The notes under the pieces are model-generated. The model had not been told where the DNA came from. It ran no database searches and was given only the letters and a program-made list of their open reading frames with translations. Below, in pieces: positions 1 to 10,780 of a stretch of DNA of 64,000 nucleotides. Origin of the DNA: an uncultured delta proteobacterium (lineage in GTDB: Bacteria > Myxococcota_A > Polyangia > Polyangiales > B10-G4). Position numbers and translations under genes: made by a program. Each line of letters begins with the position of its first letter. Position 1 is the stretch's first letter. The stretch lies in contig CAVSGI010000010.1 in the NCBI GenBank assembly GCA_963727445.1, positions 1,408,001 through 1,472,000 of the forward strand, read 5' to 3'.

Positions 1-2349
1 CTCTCGGCAGATGCGGCCGTAGCGATGTGGCGAAATGCCGGACTGCACCAGGATCCGCTCGAGGAGCTCGACGGCATCGGCCTGCCTCTGAAGACCACGG
101 CTGCCGACCGCATCCACCGTCTCCGCCACCGCCACCAGCGCCGCCAGCACCTCCGCCAGAGACTGGTCGGCCTGGGTCCCGCGTGCCGGCTCCTCGGGGA
201 GCGTGACGCGCGGAGCCGGCTGCGGGAACCAGCGCTCGAAGCGATGCATGAGCGCGCGACGGTGGCGATGCATGGCCTCGAGCCGCGCGCGCTCCCCGTC
301 GCTCATGGCATCCAGATCGACGCCCATGAATTCCAGAGTGGTTCGGTGCGCATCGAGCTCGGCGAGGGCCTCTACGTCGCGCGCGCGCTCGAGCCCGTGG
401 ATCTCGTCGAGGAGATCGTGGAGCTCTCGGCTCGTGCTGGCTGTGCCGGTCTCCGGCAGCCAATCGAAGCGCTCTTCGTCCGGAAAGCCGGCGATCACCG
501 ACTCGAGGAAGTCGTCGGAGAGGAATTGGTAGAACACCTCCTCGCCGCGCGCCCGCTGCCGAGCGGCGAGGGATTCGAGGGCCGGGTTTTCGAGACCGAG
601 CGCGACGATGTTGAGGCGCACCGGCAGCTCGCTACCCACCTCCATCCGCGCATTCCAGACGAGCTCGTGATCCACGTCCGCCTCACCGTCGGTCACCAGG
701 ACGATGGAAGCACGCGCCAGGCGCTGGTCGTGCGCCTCCGCATCTTTAATCTGCTCGAAGCTGGCGAGGAGCGCACGCTCGATGTCGGTCTCCCCGATGC
801 GCACCGTCTCCACCACTTCGGAGACTGCGCTGAGACAATCGGATGGCGTCGCCACACGCCGCGTCTCCCACGGTTTCTTCGTGAAGTAGCGATAGTAGAG
901 GACCGGATCGTAATAGCGCTCCGAGTCGAGTAACCGACTCCTCAGCGTGAGCAGCTCCGCGAGGATGATCGCGTCCCGCATGCGGGCGCGGGGGCCGAGC
1001 ATCGAGGTCGACGCGTCGAGAAGGTAGACGCGGACCTCGGTCGCCAGCTTGACCTTCGCGCGGCGCCGCACCTCTTCGGCGACGTAGCGGCGCGAGAGGA
1101 GCCGGCCCTCGGCGAGATGGAGAAGGACGGCGCGTGGGTCGACGATCACCGCATCTACGACGTCCGCTGGCGAGGTGGCGTTCATGAGGATCATGTGGTC
1201 CGTGGGATGCCGAACCGCGCGGAGGGTGCGCGACTCTTCGAGCACACGGAGCGGGGTCGTGACGCCACCGACCTCCACCGCGGCGTCGACCCCGAAAGTC
1301 GATAGCAGCTGCTCGAGAGCCGCTTCACTCTTCAAATGGGAGCGGGCGTGCTCCAGATTCTCGCGCACCAGACCATCGGACCGGCGAATCCGTACCTCGA
1401 GGTCGTCACGGGCCTCTTCGTATGCACGCCCGATGGCGTCGTCGACCTCCGCGCCGAAGGCACGCCGCGCGACCGCGGCGAGCGCCCCGCGACGCAGCTC
1501 GGGCGAATCCGCAGCACGGCGGGCGCCCATCGCCGTGAGCGCGCGGTCCGTGAGGCGTCCGAGCGTGATATCCCCGGCCGAGGCGGCGACGCGGTCGAGC
1601 GCGCGAACCGCTTCGCTCGCGACCCGCGCGTCACCTCGCGACGCCGCGCCGCGGGCCTGATGCAAGAGGCCCACCGTAGTGGAGACGCCGCCCACCTCGA
1701 AGCGATCGATCGCCTGGATTTCGCGCGCGATCCACTCCTGCCGTGCGGCGGTCGCTTTCGCATCGAGGGTAACGGCGGCACCTGCTTCGAGCAGGGTGCG
1801 GCGCGCGGTCTCGAGCAGCCGGCGCCGGCGACCGAGGTGGTCGGTCTCAGCGCGCGCGGCGTCGAGGAGCGCCTCGACGAGCTCCACCGGCGCCATGGGC
1901 GCGGCGCTCGATGCATCGGTCACGCGCCCCGCCGCGATCACCGGTGGGGAGAGGGTGCGCGGGTCGAGACGCCCAGCGACGCGCCGCCCCTCGGAGTCGT
2001 CGGGCGAGGCGACCCTCGCCGCGCGACCGACCACGCCGTGAAGGCGCCAGAGCCACAGTAAGTGCGCGGCAGGAGGGGATCCGTCGGTGATGGCCGCGCG
2101 CTCGAGCTCCTCGACGTTCTCTTCGAGCTCGTCGAGGGCGGCTTGGACATGTGGCGCGATGTCCGCCTGCTCTCCGTCCTTTCGCATCGCGTCGAGCAGC
2201 GCCGTCGTGCGTTCGACGGAGAGCTTCGGCTCGCGACGAAAGAGCCTGTGAAAAGCCCACGACAGAAAACGGAAGTGTCCGCCGATGCTCTCTGGCTCAC
2301 GCGCCAGGCGGTGGATCCGCGCCGCCAGCTCTTCGAGTTGCGCTTCCAC
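1..2349 (-). CDS. vWA (MIDAS) domain protein, ViaA-like partner of the upstream MoxR AAA+ ATPase; 3' end runs off the window (>783 aa)
   Basis: Manual translation from GTG at 2349 (MEAQLEELAARIHRL...) is open to position 1. It has MIDAS elements YLLDASTSM, GETDI and IVLVTDG. It is absent from the ORF track because there is no stop in the window. It starts 2 nt after the ATPase stop. Confidence 0.85.
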   Translation of the reverse strand, partial: MEAQLEELAARIHRLAREPESIGGHFRFLSWAFHRLFRREPKLSVERTTALLDAMRKDGEQADIAPHVQAALDELEENVEELERAAITDGSPPAAHLLWLWRLHGVVGRAARVASPDDSEGRRVAGRLDPRTLSPPVIAAGRVTDASSAAPMAPVELVEALLDAARAETDHLGRRRRLLETARRTLLEAGAAVTLDAKATAARQEWIAREIQAIDRFEVGGVSTTVGLLHQARGAASRGDARVASEAVRALDRVAASAGDITLGRLTDRALTAMGARRAADSPELRRGALAAVARRAFGAEVDDAIGRAYEEARDDLEVRIRRSDGLVRENLEHARSHLKSEAALEQLLSTFGVDAAVEVGGVTTPLRVLEESRTLRAVRHPTDHMILMNATSPADVVDAVIVDPRAVLLHLAEGRLLSRRYVAEEVRRRAKVKLATEVRVYLLDASTSMLGPRARMRDAIILAELLTLRSRLLDSERYYDPVLYYRYFTKKPWETRRVATPSDCLSAVSEVVETVRIGETDIERALLASFEQIKDAEAHDQRLARASIVLVTDGEADVDHELVWNARMEVGSELPVRLNIVALGLENPALESLAARQRARGEEVFYQFLSDDFLESVIAGFPDEERFDWLPETGTASTSRELHDLLDEIHGLERARDVEALAELDAHRTTLEFMGVDLDAMSDGERARLEAMHRHRRALMHRFERWFPQPAPRVTLPEEPARGTQADQSLAEVLAALVAVAETVDAVGSRGLQRQADAVELLERILVQSGISPHRYGRICRE

Positions 2350-2350
2350 T

Positions 2351-4931
2351 TCAGCCGCCCGTGGCGCTGTCGAATCTCTCGTCGCTGAGTGCCTTCACCA
2401 GCGCGAGCACCTCCGCCATGCACTCGTCGCGGAGCGCCTCGAGACGTGCGCTGAGCGGAGAGACGCGCGAAGCGGCGCTCGGGAAGAGTCTCCTCAGCAG
2501 GTCGAGCTCGAGCGCGAAGCGCGTGAGCACGTCGTCGTCGATCGCGAGGCGGAAGAACCTCGAACGAACCACCGCGCGGAGGCGCTCGCGCGGGGGAGCC
2601 TCTTCCGGGTGGCGCTCCCAGAACGTCTCCAGGCGGTCGAGCGCGCGCTCCACGCGCGAGAGATCGGTGGTCAGGATCTGCTCGCGCAGGTCGGCCTCGA
2701 CGCCCGACACCAACGCGAGGACCGCATCGGGCTCGGCCGCAATGGCACCGCTCTGCGCCAGTCGCTCGGCCACGCTCACCAGCGCGACGACCATGGAGGT
2801 CCGCTGCTCTCGGTTCCGGAGCTCGAGGTAGCCGTCGTAGCTCGGCTCGAATCTCTTCGATGGCGGGGGCCTGTGGCTCGGCCCGGAGCAGCGCCTTCGC
2901 CGCGAGATGGATGAGATGCGACGGCAAGACGGCGCCTTCGAGCCCCGCCGCGGACAGGGACGAAAGGAGGCTATCGACCTCCCCGGCGGTCGAAGGCCGG
3001 TCGGCGGCGTCGAAGCGCGCAAAGGCAGCGCCGAGCAGGGGACGGAGCCGCGGACCGCAGACCTCTCGCAACAGATCGCGGGGCGCCCCGAGCACCCGGA
3101 GCGCTTCGGCGTGACGCGAGACCTCGGCGAAGAGCGGGCCGAGCCCCTCGAACACTGCGTCGAGGTCGCTCTCGGCGCTCACCTCGAAGAGTCGCTCCAC
3201 CTCGCGCACCATCGCGCCGTCCCAGGCGGCGGCGAGCACGTTGCCCAGCCGCGCCAGCTCCTTGCCGATCCGACTCTCGGCGAGCTCGTCTTCCTCGGCA
3301 GAAGCGCCGAGCGCCGCGAGCCGGCCACGACGCGCGAGCAGGTCTTTGGTGCGTGCGATGGCCTCATCGCCCCGCGCTCGGATCTCGCTGGCCGGCAGGA
3401 GGTCTGCGTCGTCCGGTGAGCCCGAGGGCAGGATGGCCTTGAGGGCGGCAGGCGGTGACGTGAGGGCGCGACTCACGAGCTCGCGGCTGCGCCCCCTGAG
3501 CCACTGCGCCAACTCCGCGCCCCTCTTGCCGGTTTCATCGAGCGCGCTCGCGATCGCGTCGAGCTCGTCCAAGACCGCGTCGATACTCCGCTCGTCATCA
3601 GCGCCTGCGGAGAGGCCACGACGAAGCGCGCGCTCGAGCAGAGCCGCTGTGGCCTGGTCGAGCACGTCCTCCGCGAAAGCCGCGCTTTCTTCCGCCGCCT
3701 TCACCTTCTCCCCGAGGTCCCTGGTGAGGTCGAGGAGCGCCTCGGGCGAGGACTGCTCCTCCGCGAGCGCACGCTCGAGCTGCTCCCGCGCTGCCTCGGT
3801 CTCGGCGGAGGGCATCCGCGTCTTCTTCAGCGGCTCGATCGCCGGCGGCGCCGGGAGTCGCGCCAGACATCGATCGAAGATCTCCCGCTCGGCGCGCACG
3901 ATCGCGAGCTGGGCCCGCTCCCGTGGGTCGGACTCCACCTCGAGGAGACGGTCGATCTCGTCGGGCTCCGGTCCGCTGAGCACCATGCTGAGGCGCAGCT
4001 TCTCGAAATCCTCCGGATGCACCTGGAGCTCGCGATCGCGCCCGCCGATGGTGCGGTCGAGAACCACGATCGCCTTGAGCAGACGGCCCAGCCGGACCGC
4101 GGTGCGCGTCGACAGGTAGCGGGTCGGCACGAAGGTCGGATCGGCGCGCACCGCCGCCTGCACCTCCTCGTGAAAGAGCGAGAGGAGCTGCGTGAGGCGC
4201 GGAACGAGCGGCGGCGGGAAATGCACCCGCTCCGTCGCCTCCTGCAGCGCGTCCACGTCTTGAATCGTGAGCCGTGCCGTCAGCTCGGGCTCGGGCGCGC
4301 GCCCCACCCGCGCCCTCAGGACGCGGTCGAGCGCCCCGGCGTTGGCGAAGCCCCGCGGGACGAAGCCGATGAGCGCGATCCGATCGACGAAGGCCAGGAG
4401 GTTGTCTCGTGAGTGCTCGAGGACCTCGCTGATGTAGCGATTGCTGGTCATCAGCGCACATTCGATCGCGCCTCTCGTGACCTTGGTCCCGTGCTTCAGC
4501 TCCCTCTCGTGAAGGAGGTTGAGGGTCGTGCGCAGGAGCATGTCACGGCCGTCGAAGACCTCGTCCAGGTGGGCGTGGATCGCGCCGAGCATGCCCTCGT
4601 CCGTGAAGTGCTCGGTGCGGCCGGTCTCGGTGAGCACCTTGAAGTCGATGGGTCCGACGAGGTCCGTCTGCACGGTGCTCTCGGTGAGCTGTCGCGCGAA
4701 GACGCTCGCCTCTCCCGTGTGGCGGTCGACGATTCGGTCCACCACCCCCCGCACCAGGCCGCTCTTCGCCGTTCCGGGGGGGCCGGTGAGAAGGACGTGC
4801 TCGCGCGCCAGGAGCGCCAGCGCAATCTGATCGAGCACCTGACGCCGTTCGACGAAGGTGCGGTCCAGCTCGTGGAAGAAGGCCCGAAAGTGCGTGACCG
4901 CCGCCTCGAGATCTCCGCCGCCCTTCCCCAC
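2351..4931 (-). CDS. MoxR/RavA-type AAA+ ATPase with long helical C-terminal extension (apparent +1 frameshift at ~2850)
   Basis: Walker A LLTGPPGTAKS, Walker B HLDEVFD, LLxTxLNLLHER, TSN sensor and AFVDR. ORF 1938-5474 joins ORF 2351-3022 if one base is removed at GAATC 2849-2853. GTG start at 4931. Confidence 0.85.
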
Positions 4932-4988
4932 CGCGCGTAGAGTAGACGACGCTTGAAATGCTTGCGAGGCGCGATTAGGTGGAGGGAC

Positions 4989-6557
4989 GTGGGGAATCTC
5001 GCTGCCGATCTCGGGGCCGTGGCCGATGAAGTGCGCCAGACGCACATCTCGTGGGTCTTTCTCGCGGGCGACGACGTCTACAAGGTGAAGAAGCCGGTCG
5101 ACTTCGGGTTCCTCGACTTCTCGACGCGCGACCGCCGGCGCGATGCCTGCGAGGCGGAGGTGTCGCTCAACCGCGAGCTGAGCCCGGACGTGTATCACGG
5201 CCTGATCCCGGTCGTGCGCAGCGAAGACGGCGAGCACAGCCTGGGCGGTGAGGGTGAGGTGGTCGACTGGGCGGTCCACATGCGACGGCTCAGCGACCGC
5301 GACCGCCTCGATCAGCGCCTCGCCCGAGGCTCGCTGAGCGACGAAGGCATCACCGAGCTCGCCTGCCAGATCGCTCGTTTTCACGCCGGCGCGCGTGCTG
5401 ACGAGACCACGGCCCGCTTCGGCGACATCGAGGTGATCCGTACGAACGTCGTGGAGAACTTCGCGCAGACCCACGACACGGTGCTTTCACACGTGACGCC
5501 CGAAGAGGCAGAGGAGATCGAGGCGTGGCAGCTGCGCTTCCTCGAAGAGCACGCCGACCTCTTCGCGGCGCGGGTGGCACACGGCCACGTCCGAGACGGC
5601 CACGGCGACCTCCGCCTCGAGCAGATCTATCTCCACGACGAGGGCGACGTGCGCATCCTCGATCGCATCGAGTTCAACGAGCGTTTCCGCTTCGGTGATG
5701 TCTGCGCCGACGTGGCATTCCTCTCCATGGATCTCGCATTCCGCGGGCGCGTCGATCTCGCGGAGCGCTTTCTCGCCGTCTATGCGCGCGAGGCGAACGA
5801 CTTCGACTTGTTTCCTCTCGTCGACTTCTACGAGAGCTACCGCGCCTACGTTCGCGCCAAGATCGCGTCCATGACCGCGGCGGACGAGGGCATCGACGAG
5901 GCGACGCGGACGCGGGCCGCCGACGAGGCGCGCCGCTACTACCTGCTCTCCCTCGCCGTCGAGCACGAGGCGATCATCCCGCCGCGGGTCGTCGCCGTGG
6001 GCGGTGTCATCGCCAGCGGCAAGAGCACCATCGCTGACCGCCTCTCCGCGATGCTCGGCGCTCCGGTGGTGGAGACCGATCGCACGCGCAAGCACATGCT
6101 GGGCGCGCGGCCCACCGAGAAGGTTCACGAGGGCTCGTGGAGCGGCGCCTACGACCCGGCGTTCACCGAGAAGGTCTACGACGAGGTCTATCGCCGGGCC
6201 GGGCAGGTGCTCGCTTCGGGTCGGCCGGTGATCCTGGACGCGAGCTTCCGGTCCGAGGAGATGCGCGCACGCGCCCTGAGGCTCGCGCGAAAGCACGGGG
6301 TCCCCTTCGAGCACGTCGAGTGCCTCTGCGATCGCGAGACCTGCCTGGCGCGCCTCGCCGAGCGGGCCAAGCACGAGAGCGTGAGCGATGGTCGCGCGGA
6401 GATCTTCGACGACTTCGTCACCAAGTACCGCTCGCCCAGCGAGAGCGAGCGCGGCTCCTTCGACGGATACCTGCGTCTGGACACGACCGCCCCGCTCGAG
6501 GAGAGCCTCCGCGTGCTCGGCGGGCACTTCCCGACCTGGGATGGCCTCAACGCCTGA
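4989..6557 (+). CDS. Bifunctional aminoglycoside-phosphotransferase-like kinase / P-loop (AAA_33) protein (Rv2004c-like)
   Basis: QTHISWVFL..YKVKKPV, RDGHGDLRLEQI, ILDRIEFNERFR and C-terminal GVIASGKST. GGAGG RBS before GTG 4989. Confidence 0.9.
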   Translation: MGNLAADLGAVADEVRQTHISWVFLAGDDVYKVKKPVDFGFLDFSTRDRRRDACEAEVSLNRELSPDVYHGLIPVVRSEDGEHSLGGEGEVVDWAVHMRRLSDRDRLDQRLARGSLSDEGITELACQIARFHAGARADETTARFGDIEVIRTNVVENFAQTHDTVLSHVTPEEAEEIEAWQLRFLEEHADLFAARVAHGHVRDGHGDLRLEQIYLHDEGDVRILDRIEFNERFRFGDVCADVAFLSMDLAFRGRVDLAERFLAVYAREANDFDLFPLVDFYESYRAYVRAKIASMTAADEGIDEATRTRAADEARRYYLLSLAVEHEAIIPPRVVAVGGVIASGKSTIADRLSAMLGAPVVETDRTRKHMLGARPTEKVHEGSWSGAYDPAFTEKVYDEVYRRAGQVLASGRPVILDASFRSEEMRARALRLARKHGVPFEHVECLCDRETCLARLAERAKHESVSDGRAEIFDDFVTKYRSPSESERGSFDGYLRLDTTAPLEESLRVLGGHFPTWDGLNA

Positions 6558-6579
6558 CGAGTCGCTCCGCTGAGGGACT

Positions 6580-7545
6580 TCAGCAGCCGTCGATGCACTC
6601 GGGCACGTCGACCTTCAGCGCGTAAGGCGGACAGCTGCCGGCGATGATGACCTCGAGCACGACCGGGATCGTCCCACCTACGTCGTAGCTCGTGAGGCAT
6701 GCGGAGGGCGGATCGGCGTAGTCCACCGTCACCGCCTGGGCCTCGGCGAGGTCGGTGGCGAAGTCGGCGTAACACTCGGCATGGGTGGGATCGGTGGGTG
6801 CAAAGGTCCCGACCACCCGCTGTGGATCCAAGCAGCCCGGCGACGTGCTCGCCTCCATGCTGGAGATCGTCACCGCTCCCGGGACACGCCGGTACACGCA
6901 CCCCTCTCCCGTCGTTTCGAGGGCCAGGCATTGTGGCGGGACGTCGAGGGGTGGATCGATCTCGAGCGCGACCGTCTCGGTGACGGCGAAGTCCAGGCCG
7001 CGAGCCGTCACCTTCAACAGGAAGTGCCAGCCGGTGGGGTCGTCCCAGGCGATCTGGTCGTAGATGATGTCCGTGTGGCCGTTCGCCCCGACCCGATGGA
7101 GATCGATGCCTTCGACCGGTGACCAGTCCTGAAGCCCATCCGCACCCCCGGGGAAATCGGGATCGGGGAGGTTCTCGAAGGTCACGCGCACGCAATCACC
7201 CTCGGAAGCGAGCTCGGAGGGAAGCACGACCTCGGGCGTGATCATGGTCCCGCCCTGAAAGCCCCACTGGAACGGGGCGTGACCGGTCGCGGCGTAAGCG
7301 GTGAAGACGTCGTCCCGCGTCTCTCCGACGAGCATGGGCGTGTCGACGGGGTCGTCCATGCTGTAGACGAGGCTGGCGCAGTCCATCGGACTGCCGTCGG
7401 GCAGGGGCATCGAGGTGTCGAGGGACGAGTCGACGACGGTCGCATCCCCGCCCCCGTCGGCCGGAGGCGAGGTGGCGTCGTCACCGCAACCGAGGAGCGC
7501 GGTGAGCGTCGCCGACAGGAGACGAAGCCGGTTCATCCGCTGCAC
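6580..7545 (-). CDS. Putative lipoprotein, unknown function
   Basis: Lipobox-like TALLGC, then an Asp/Gly/Ser-rich linker and a Cys-containing body. Confidence 0.75.
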   Translation of the reverse strand: MQRMNRLRLLSATLTALLGCGDDATSPPADGGGDATVVDSSLDTSMPLPDGSPMDCASLVYSMDDPVDTPMLVGETRDDVFTAYAATGHAPFQWGFQGGTMITPEVVLPSELASEGDCVRVTFENLPDPDFPGGADGLQDWSPVEGIDLHRVGANGHTDIIYDQIAWDDPTGWHFLLKVTARGLDFAVTETVALEIDPPLDVPPQCLALETTGEGCVYRRVPGAVTISSMEASTSPGCLDPQRVVGTFAPTDPTHAECYADFATDLAEAQAVTVDYADPPSACLTSYDVGGTIPVVLEVIIAGSCPPYALKVDVPECIDGC

Positions 7546-8813
7546 GAGTCGACCTCCGTGCTCTTTCTTCGGCGGCGGCGCCGCCTCTCGACGGTCAGCG
7601 CGAGCAACATCGCGATGCCGGTGAATGCGCCGCTGGGGGCCTTCGCCGCGCCGACTCGGCAGGCGCAGCCTCCAGCGCCGCGAAAGCTGGCGCCGGACTC
7701 GGCGCTGCCCGCGTCGCTCGACGCGGATGCTCCGTCCGCGCGATAGCCGCCATCATCGGCAATGGAGCCGTCGCGGCCGCCATCTCCGAAGCCGCCATCG
7801 CCAGAGCCGCCATCGGCGAAGCCACCGTCAGGCAGCCCCGCGTCCCCGGCGCCGGGCCCGACCAAGATTTCACATCGGTTGTTGTCGAGCATCGGGTCGT
7901 GAACGGCTCCGCTGCCGAAGGCGAGGAAGCGGTCGACCAGCGTCGGCGCGCTGTCGAATTGCAGGGTGATGGTCAGCTCCGCTCCCTCACCCGCTGGAAG
8001 GACGTCGGGGTAGACACACTGGACGATGCCGACGGGCGCGCCTTCGTCGGTGCAGGAGAACGGCGGATCGAAGCGCGAGGTGATGGTTGCGGTCGAGGGA
8101 ACCCGGAAGATGATCTGGGGACTGCTCACGTCGATCGTCGCGTTGTTCATCAAGCGGAAGGTGACGTCGACGGTGTCGCCGGCCATCACCTCACGGCCCA
8201 GCCCCGTGCATTCGAGCGAGACGTCGCCGTTCGCGTCGTCCCGAAGCACCTCGGTGACCACGCGATAGCCGTCCCAATCCCCGTCCGAAAGGGCGTTGAG
8301 GCGGTGAAAGAGCGTCCGCCTCCCCGGCATGAGCTGCAAGATGTCGCCCTCGGCCGAGGTGAGGCCGAGACCGCCGCTGCCATACGAGATGCCCGAGCGG
8401 GCGAAGTAATCATCCGACATGGCCATGCACACGTCCTCGGTGATGATACCCACGATCGGAGCGGAGAAGACCATGATGGCGTCGTTGTGAATGGGAAAGG
8501 TGTTGGGGTGCTGAAAGACGAAATAGGCGTCCGCCGCGTCGAGGGTTCGTAGGTTGTCGCAGGACGGCACCATATCGTCGTATCGCCCGACGTCCACGAT
8601 GCTGAAGGGGATCGCGGCGGGCGCGTCCAGCGAACCCTCGAAGAAGATCTCGGACACGTTCACCGGCCCGTACATGGGGTCGGGCGGGTCCATCTCCCGA
8701 ATGTCTCCTACGGTGAAGATCACTTCGGCAGACACGGAGGACGCCTGCAGCACCAAGGAGAAGAAAGCGAGGAGGGCGGCGAACCGAACGCTCACCGGAG
8801 GCAGAAACGACAC
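7533..8813 (-). CDS. Secreted protein with DUF11-like Ig domain and MYXO-CTERM sorting tail
   Basis: Signal peptide, Ig-like segment ending DPMLDNN, DGG linker, then GGCACRVG...TM...RRRRRRR. Start taken at GTG 8813. Confidence 0.75.
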   Translation of the reverse strand: MSFLPPVSVRFAALLAFFSLVLQASSVSAEVIFTVGDIREMDPPDPMYGPVNVSEIFFEGSLDAPAAIPFSIVDVGRYDDMVPSCDNLRTLDAADAYFVFQHPNTFPIHNDAIMVFSAPIVGIITEDVCMAMSDDYFARSGISYGSGGLGLTSAEGDILQLMPGRRTLFHRLNALSDGDWDGYRVVTEVLRDDANGDVSLECTGLGREVMAGDTVDVTFRLMNNATIDVSSPQIIFRVPSTATITSRFDPPFSCTDEGAPVGIVQCVYPDVLPAGEGAELTITLQFDSAPTLVDRFLAFGSGAVHDPMLDNNRCEILVGPGAGDAGLPDGGFADGGSGDGGFGDGGRDGSIADDGGYRADGASASSDAGSAESGASFRGAGGCACRVGAAKAPSGAFTGIAMLLALTVERRRRRRRKSTEVDSCSG

Positions 8814-8878
8814 GGGTCGATCATACACCTTCCGGGGACGTTCCCACGCGAGGATCGTCGCCGTCTGAGGTGCACCGT

Positions 8879-9769
8879 CTAAGGTGCAGGTGACTGTGTG
8901 TGTGCCCGCGCCACTGCCTCTGAGATCGTGGTGCAGTCGTCGTAGGGCAGGGAGAAACAACTCGTGCCGCGCATCGCCTCGCAGGCTCGGGTCGCCCCCG
9001 CCACGTCCCCGAGCTCGATGTAGGTGTGAACCAAAGTGTCCCCTGCGCTGCACTTCACGTAGTCCGAGGTCAGCGGGTTGTCGAGGATGTCCCCCGCGAC
9101 CGAAAGGCCGTCCTCGATCGGCCGATTGTTCAAGGACCGCAGCTGGCGCTCGGCGTAGCGATCGGCGCGAAACGGAAGCAGGAGCAGGCCCGTCGCGACG
9201 AAGATGGCGAGACCGATGGCGCCCTGCGTGAAGTAGACCCGGCGCCCGGGCTTGTTGCCCTCGCGACGGACGCGATCGTCGATCTCATCGATGCGTTCTT
9301 CACGGACGCGGTCGAGGGCCCAACGGATGACGCTCGGGTCACTGACCTGAAGCGGCGCGATGAGTAGCTCCTGGCCATCCGTGCCTTCGATCATGAGCAA
9401 CTCGATGTATCCGACGCCGCGCGCCTTGTGGCGTTTGACCTTCCGCGAGCCGGTGACGTCACGCCACTTCATGCCCCGCTCCCGAAAGAAGCCCACCCGG
9501 CGGATCTCGGTGTTGCCGATGTGGATGGTCTCGAGCAGCAACGTCCGGCTGATGAGCCACACCGCGGCAACCAAGAGGCCGATCCCAGGTGCGATGAGCA
9601 CATAGCCCTCGCCGGTGACGAAGGCGTCCACGATCCAAGCCGGCCCGAAGACCATCAGCCAGAACGCCATGAACCAGAGGCAGAAGGTCAGGAGGATCCG
9701 GCGCCCGCGATGAGGGCGGAGCGTGATCACCTCGGGGATCGGCGCGGGCTCGGCAGCGGTGCGATACAC
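8879..9769 (-). CDS. Membrane protein with bacterial PH-like domain
   Basis: Two N-terminal TM helices, a beta-rich segment (IHIGNTEIRRVGFFRERGMKWRDV), a third TM helix and a Cys-containing C-terminus. Confidence 0.6.
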   Translation of the reverse strand: MYRTAAEPAPIPEVITLRPHRGRRILLTFCLWFMAFWLMVFGPAWIVDAFVTGEGYVLIAPGIGLLVAAVWLISRTLLLETIHIGNTEIRRVGFFRERGMKWRDVTGSRKVKRHKARGVGYIELLMIEGTDGQELLIAPLQVSDPSVIRWALDRVREERIDEIDDRVRREGNKPGRRVYFTQGAIGLAIFVATGLLLLPFRADRYAERQLRSLNNRPIEDGLSVAGDILDNPLTSDYVKCSAGDTLVHTYIELGDVAGATRACEAMRGTSCFSLPYDDCTTISEAVARAHTQSPAP

Positions 9770-9806
9770 GGGCGCGCGGACAGGGTAGCGCGCAGCCGAG
9801 GCGCCG

Positions 9807-10736
9807 TCACGACGCGTAATCGATCACCGGTCCGTAGGGAATGATCCCCGTCGGGTTCAGCTTCCGGTGACTGCCGAAGTAGTGCTCTTTGACCTCTTTC
9901 AGATCGAGCGTCTCCGTCATCCCGGGCATCGCGTAGATGCGCTTGGTGAAGGCCCAGAGATTGGGATAGTCGCGAAGGCGCTTCAGGTTGCACTTGAAGT
10001 GGAAGTGGTAGACCGGATCGAAACGGAAGAGCGTGGTGAAGAGTCGGATGTCGGCCTCGGTGAAGCGGTCACCCACCAGGAAATCGTGCCCGTCGAGCCG
10101 TGCCTCGAGCATCTCGAGGGACTCGAAGAGCTCCCGCACCGCCTGATCGTAGGCATGTTGCCGCGTGGCGAAGCCCGCGCGGTACACGCCGTTGTTGACG
10201 GTGCGATAGACCACGTCGTTGAGAGCGTCGATCTCCTCCCGCAGCGCCTCGGGATAGAGCTCCACCGACGCATCGCCCAGCGCATTCATCTCGGAGTCCA
10301 GCATCCGGATGATCTCCGAGGACTCGTTGTTGACGATGGTCTCCTTCACGCGGTCCCACAGCACCGGCACCGTCACGCGGCCGGTGTAGTCCGGCTTTGC
10401 GCGCGTGTAGATCTCGTGGAGATGACGCGACCCGTAGAGGTGGTCCGGCTTGTCCTCCGAGAACGTCCATCCGTTCTCGAGCATCAACGGCTCCGCGATG
10501 CTCACGCCGATGGCTGCGTCGAGCTTCTTCAGCTTGCGGACGATCAACGCTCTGTGCGCCCATGGACAGCCCCAGGCCACGTAGAGGTGATAGCGCCCGC
10601 TCTCGGCGGGAAATCCAGACGAGCCGTCGGCCCGAATCCAGTCCCGGAAGAGAGAGTCTTCTCGAACGAAATGTCCGTCGTGCTTCTCCGTGTCGTACCA
10701 GCGGTCGTGCCAGGTTCCTTCGATCAGCATTCCCAT
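9807..10736 (-). CDS. yqjG: Glutathionyl-hydroquinone reductase (Xi/omega-like GST)
   Basis: GRYHLYVAWGCPWAHR, YTGRVTVPVLWD, IVNNESSEIIRM, NNGVYRAGFA, RFDPVYHFHFKCN. Confidence 0.95.
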   Translation of the reverse strand: MGMLIEGTWHDRWYDTEKHDGHFVREDSLFRDWIRADGSSGFPAESGRYHLYVAWGCPWAHRALIVRKLKKLDAAIGVSIAEPLMLENGWTFSEDKPDHLYGSRHLHEIYTRAKPDYTGRVTVPVLWDRVKETIVNNESSEIIRMLDSEMNALGDASVELYPEALREEIDALNDVVYRTVNNGVYRAGFATRQHAYDQAVRELFESLEMLEARLDGHDFLVGDRFTEADIRLFTTLFRFDPVYHFHFKCNLKRLRDYPNLWAFTKRIYAMPGMTETLDLKEVKEHYFGSHRKLNPTGIIPYGPVIDYAS

Positions 10737-10780
10737 GACGCCGACTTAGAGCCAGGGCCGCGGACCGCAAGGGTGGGCGC

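Noticed and set aside
4989..6557. Aminoglycoside resistance gene
   Set aside because: It belongs to the widespread APH-like + P-loop family. The fold similarity does not show antibiotic modification.
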